IMG/VR virus record: IMGVR_UViG_3300039208_000182
Coordinates: 1-38,203 of that record
Length of the DNA stretch: 38,203 nucleotides
Source: a virus
Taxonomy: Duplodnaviria > Caudoviricetes
Strand: one strand, 5' to 3'
Part shown: positions 35,698-38,203 of the stretch, piece by piece
Layout of the letters: every line of letters starts with the position of its first letter
How positions within the stretch are numbered: position 1 is the stretch's first letter
Made by a program: the position numbers and the translations under genes
The notes under the pieces: model-generated
Told to the model about the DNA's origin: nothing
What the model saw: only the letters and a program-made list of their open reading frames with translations
Database searches by the model: none

Positions 35698-36632
35698 TAA
35701 ATAACCTTTCTTTGTTGCATGTACTCGGTTAAGGTTGGAAATTCATCCACAAGATTTTCTTCGTAGAAATTGTAGAATTCCTCGGAAGAAGGAGAAGTTC
35801 CTAAACCATTTGAAATAACAAATTTCACCACCGCCTTAGCAAATTCTAAAGTCGCCTGAAAGCTGTGAAAATTTAAAGTACCATTAAAAAACCGCAGTTC
35901 CATGGTATCGTGTTTGCTATAAATACAAGCATTATACCGATTCATAGCCCCCGGTTCGCGCATATACAAATCTCTAAGATCCCTAGTGGGTAGTGATCTA
36001 AAGTAACAATACCCGGTACCACTTCGGCGACTAAGAACTAGAAAATCCGGATTCTTAGTTATAAGATTAAATAACTTAATGCGCTGCGAAAGATTCAATC
36101 CTGCAATATGAACGTGTAGACCGCAGGTTCCCATTTGATGGCTGCGGGCACCAATTCCTACTAAGTTATTAAAGAGATTTGAGAATTCTTTAGAATAAGT
36201 TGTCCACCAATTCCAAAAGAAAGGTTGAGTAACAATCTCGTACCCAATAGGGTAATTAATTACCCCCGTGGTACCCCTGGTGATACTACCATCATATTTA
36301 AGATTAATAGCTTCACCCCCCAAGAATTCATTAAATTCGTAAAGTATTTGCCGAGAGTAATTAGAATTCTCATCTGGTACAGCTAATTCTAATTCCCAAC
36401 CATAAGTGTATGGGTGAAGGGTATCACGAACCCCTAGTATCCCTCCTCTATCTAATACATCTACATTATAATCTAAAATAGGTAATCTAGGCACATCTTG
36501 ATCCTCATCATTAGTGGTGGTGGTAGTATTGACTGTTGTTTGCCATTGTTGTAACCGTTCAATAATTCGGTTATGTTGCTCTATATTAAACTGGTAATAG
36601 GAATTAAAACTATTGCGTAAGTCTCCGGGCAT
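35697..36632 (-). CDS. Putative amidoligase (COOH-NH2 ligase, glutamine-synthetase-like fold)
   Basis: GWELEL, KYDGSI, YEIVTQP, CGLHVHI, RY, TMELRFFNGTLN. Confidence 0.85.
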   Translation of the reverse strand: MPGDLRNSFNSYYQFNIEQHNRIIERLQQWQTTVNTTTTTNDEDQDVPRLPILDYNVDVLDRGGILGVRDTLHPYTYGWELELAVPDENSNYSRQILYEFNEFLGGEAINLKYDGSITRGTTGVINYPIGYEIVTQPFFWNWWTTYSKEFSNLFNNLVGIGARSHQMGTCGLHVHIAGLNLSQRIKLFNLITKNPDFLVLSRRSGTGYCYFRSLPTRDLRDLYMREPGAMNRYNACIYSKHDTMELRFFNGTLNFHSFQATLEFAKAVVKFVISNGLGTSPSSEEFYNFYEENLVDEFPTLTEYMQQRKVI

Positions 36633-37299
36633 ATGATCGTGCTCCTACCTCACCTAAGTTAGGTGCCTTATTAACTTCCAATGCATACCACAGACCATCA
36701 TCCTCATTGCGGATAATATCCACAGCTCCAAAGTTATACCCCAATGATTTAACGGCGGACTTAGCCAGAGAAATTACTTCGTTAAAATTCTCTCCTAAAG
36801 TATCCCGCATAGAACGATAACCGACGGTAGCCCAGGCAACATTATTTCTATTCCACACAAAACCAGTATCCTGGTGGGGAGTTTTAGTGTGCAATCGAAA
36901 ACACCTAAAATCCCCCGGTGATCTTTCATATACGTCAAGTCTAACCTCTGCCGATTTGCGAATCTTCTGAACTAGGAATGCCTTATTCCCCTCAAGAATA
37001 TCCCGACCTTGATAATGTCGGAACTTGCGAACTATAAATTCATCGCCCAGTTCCATAACGTTTGGACATCTAATACCTTCTCGGCGGAAAGTTTTAAGGG
37101 CTTCCAACTTGTTAACTGTGGGGGCTCCATTAATAGCCCCCAGCACTTTGTTTTTACGGCCCCAATTAATGAGTGGCTCTTCAACTGGGGGATTATCTGA
37201 GGTATAAATATTTTCGAGACGGATATTTAATGCCTTTGCTAGATGTTTCGCGGAGACAGGTAGTTCCCCATTACGTAACGTATAGGTAGTAATATTCAA
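36610..37299 (-). CDS. ATP-grasp (RimK-like) ligase
   Basis: INWG, NKL, E.RL.V, A..AV..LG..FGAVDI, LEVNKAP; TTG start in a TTGA overlap. Confidence 0.82.
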   Translation of the reverse strand: MNITTYTLRNGELPVSAKHLAKALNIRLENIYTSDNPPVEEPLINWGRKNKVLGAINGAPTVNKLEALKTFRREGIRCPNVMELGDEFIVRKFRHYQGRDILEGNKAFLVQKIRKSAEVRLDVYERSPGDFRCFRLHTKTPHQDTGFVWNRNNVAWATVGYRSMRDTLGENFNEVISLAKSAVKSLGYNFGAVDIIRNEDDGLWYALEVNKAPNLGEVGARSYARRLTQ

Positions 37300-37487
37300 A
37301 TCTCTGCCTCCAGGATGTCGGAATATTCCCCCAATTCATCCTTATATTCTGAGATAATATTATCCAATCTATTGGCCAGACTAAGTTTATATGCGGCTAC
37401 ATCTTGGGTTCGGGCCTGCCCCAAAAAATAACTGCGCAGTTCTGTTAAAAGCTGATACAAAGAAGGTGCTCTAAGATGTTTCTGCAC
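37296..37487 (-). CDS. Hypothetical protein
   Basis: GGAGGT RBS plus GTG 37487. Confidence 0.55.
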   Translation of the reverse strand: MQKHLRAPSLYQLLTELRSYFLGQARTQDVAAYKLSLANRLDNIISEYKDELGEYSDILEAEI

Positions 37488-37854
37488 AACTGTACCTCCC
37501 TTCTGGATCATAAAAGTTATTATTGTCCTGTGCTATATCGTTAAAAGATAAGTAAAAAACGTGCGCTGACTCCTCATTTAAATTAGGTTCAATAGGGATT
37601 GCCATGGATTTGTACCCAGCACTACTTTCCATTTCCAAGATATCAACAAAAGAATCTTGTGGCACTAAATAAATTTCCCCATGCAATTTGTCATCCCTGC
37701 TTGGGACTGCTACGGGAACAACACCACCCACCATATAAAGAGCCATACCGCTAATATGACCGTCGCGCACGAACTGCGCCTTTGACATAAATTCTGCGTG
37801 ATTGGGTTCCCCTCTTTTCAAAGTGCCGTAAACAAATAACCGTATTAAATTCAA
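37471..37854 (-). CDS. Gamma-glutamylcyclotransferase (AIG2-like)
   Basis: LFVYGTLKRGEPNH...GEIY.V...E...GY. Confidence 0.88.
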   Translation of the reverse strand: MNLIRLFVYGTLKRGEPNHAEFMSKAQFVRDGHISGMALYMVGGVVPVAVPSRDDKLHGEIYLVPQDSFVDILEMESSAGYKSMAIPIEPNLNEESAHVFYLSFNDIAQDNNNFYDPEGRYSCAETS

Positions 37855-38033
37855 GATGCTGCCCTCATGTCCGGAATAACTTTATTATCCATAAAAGACT
37901 CCCATCCAGTCTTATGGAAGTTTTTTAATGAAGTCCAGTGAAAAATAATATCCTTATCAGGCCACCAATAATCTATCCCCTTAGAAATGAAATGTTTAAA
38001 AGCTTTTGACGCGGCTAACAACCTCCATAGCAA
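37851..38033 (-). CDS. Hypothetical protein (start uncertain)
   Basis: Its stop overlaps the GGCT start (TTGA). Confidence 0.4.
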   Translation of the reverse strand: MLWRLLAASKAFKHFISKGIDYWWPDKDIIFHWTSLKNFHKTGWESFMDNKVIPDMRAAS

Positions 38034-38172
38034 TAGCTAATTGATCCTCGGCTGGCAACTGCACCGGCACCCAAGTAAGCGAGATTGGACCAGGGCGATT
38101 GGTTTTTTCCAGCTTGTATAGGACTCCCTTGCGGATTCGGTATTCCGAACCATTAACCTTAGCTTTAATCAT
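37996..38172 (-). CDS. Hypothetical protein (58 aa)
   Basis: MIKAKVNGSEYRIRKGVLYKLEK...; upstream context cut by the primer tag. Confidence 0.5.
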   Translation of the reverse strand: MIKAKVNGSEYRIRKGVLYKLEKTNRPGPISLTWVPVQLPAEDQLAIAMEVVSRVKSF

Positions 38173-38186
38173 GTTGGGGGATGCAT

Positions 38187-38203
38187 GATCGTGACTGGGA
38201 AAC
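38187..38203 (-). other. Library amplification primer tag (reverse complement)
   Basis: GATCGTGACTGGGAAAC is the reverse complement of 1..17. Confidence 0.92.

Noticed and set aside
126-38172. Stop-codon reassignment (alternative genetic code)
   Set aside because: Core genes are intact in code 11, and TAA, TAG and TGA all end genes at coupled junctions
1-38203. Perfect 17-bp terminal inverted repeat (1..17 and 38187..38203) suggesting a complete linear genome or transposon
   Set aside because: It is the GTTTCCCAGTCACGATC random-amplification primer; it abuts a truncated ORF at the left end, so the contig is incomplete

Overview
A partial genome of an uncultured lytic-looking dsDNA tailed phage with P22/N4-like podovirus morphogenesis genes. 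Both ends carry the random-amplification primer tag GTTTCCCAGTCACGATC, so neither end is a true terminus. There are two convergent modules. The + strand (about 0.1-19.4 kb) holds terminase, portal, scaffold, DUF4043/N4-gp56-type major capsid protein, adaptor, tail hub, two GNAT-fold proteins plus a 2OG-Fe(II) oxygenase, three ejection-type proteins and lysis genes. The - strand (38.2 to 19.6 kb) holds a GGCT/ATP-grasp/amidoligase/class II glutamine amidotransferase cluster, helicase, primase, UDG-fused PolA, gp32-like SSB, Cas4-like exonuclease, RuvC-like resolvase and phosphoesterases. Most notable: (1) a - strand cassette of tail-fibre-like and lectin-like proteins with Sec-type signal peptides and even Cys counts; (2) a 69-nt tRNA-His(GTG)-like element with a 3-nt D-loop overlapping the end of the resolvase gene; (3) apparent ATA and CTG start codons on the polymerase and exonuclease; (4) a promoter-dependent RBS-sequestering hairpin at the helicase; (5) a nested domain duplication in the tail hub. 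All family calls come from motif recognition by eye, not database searches.
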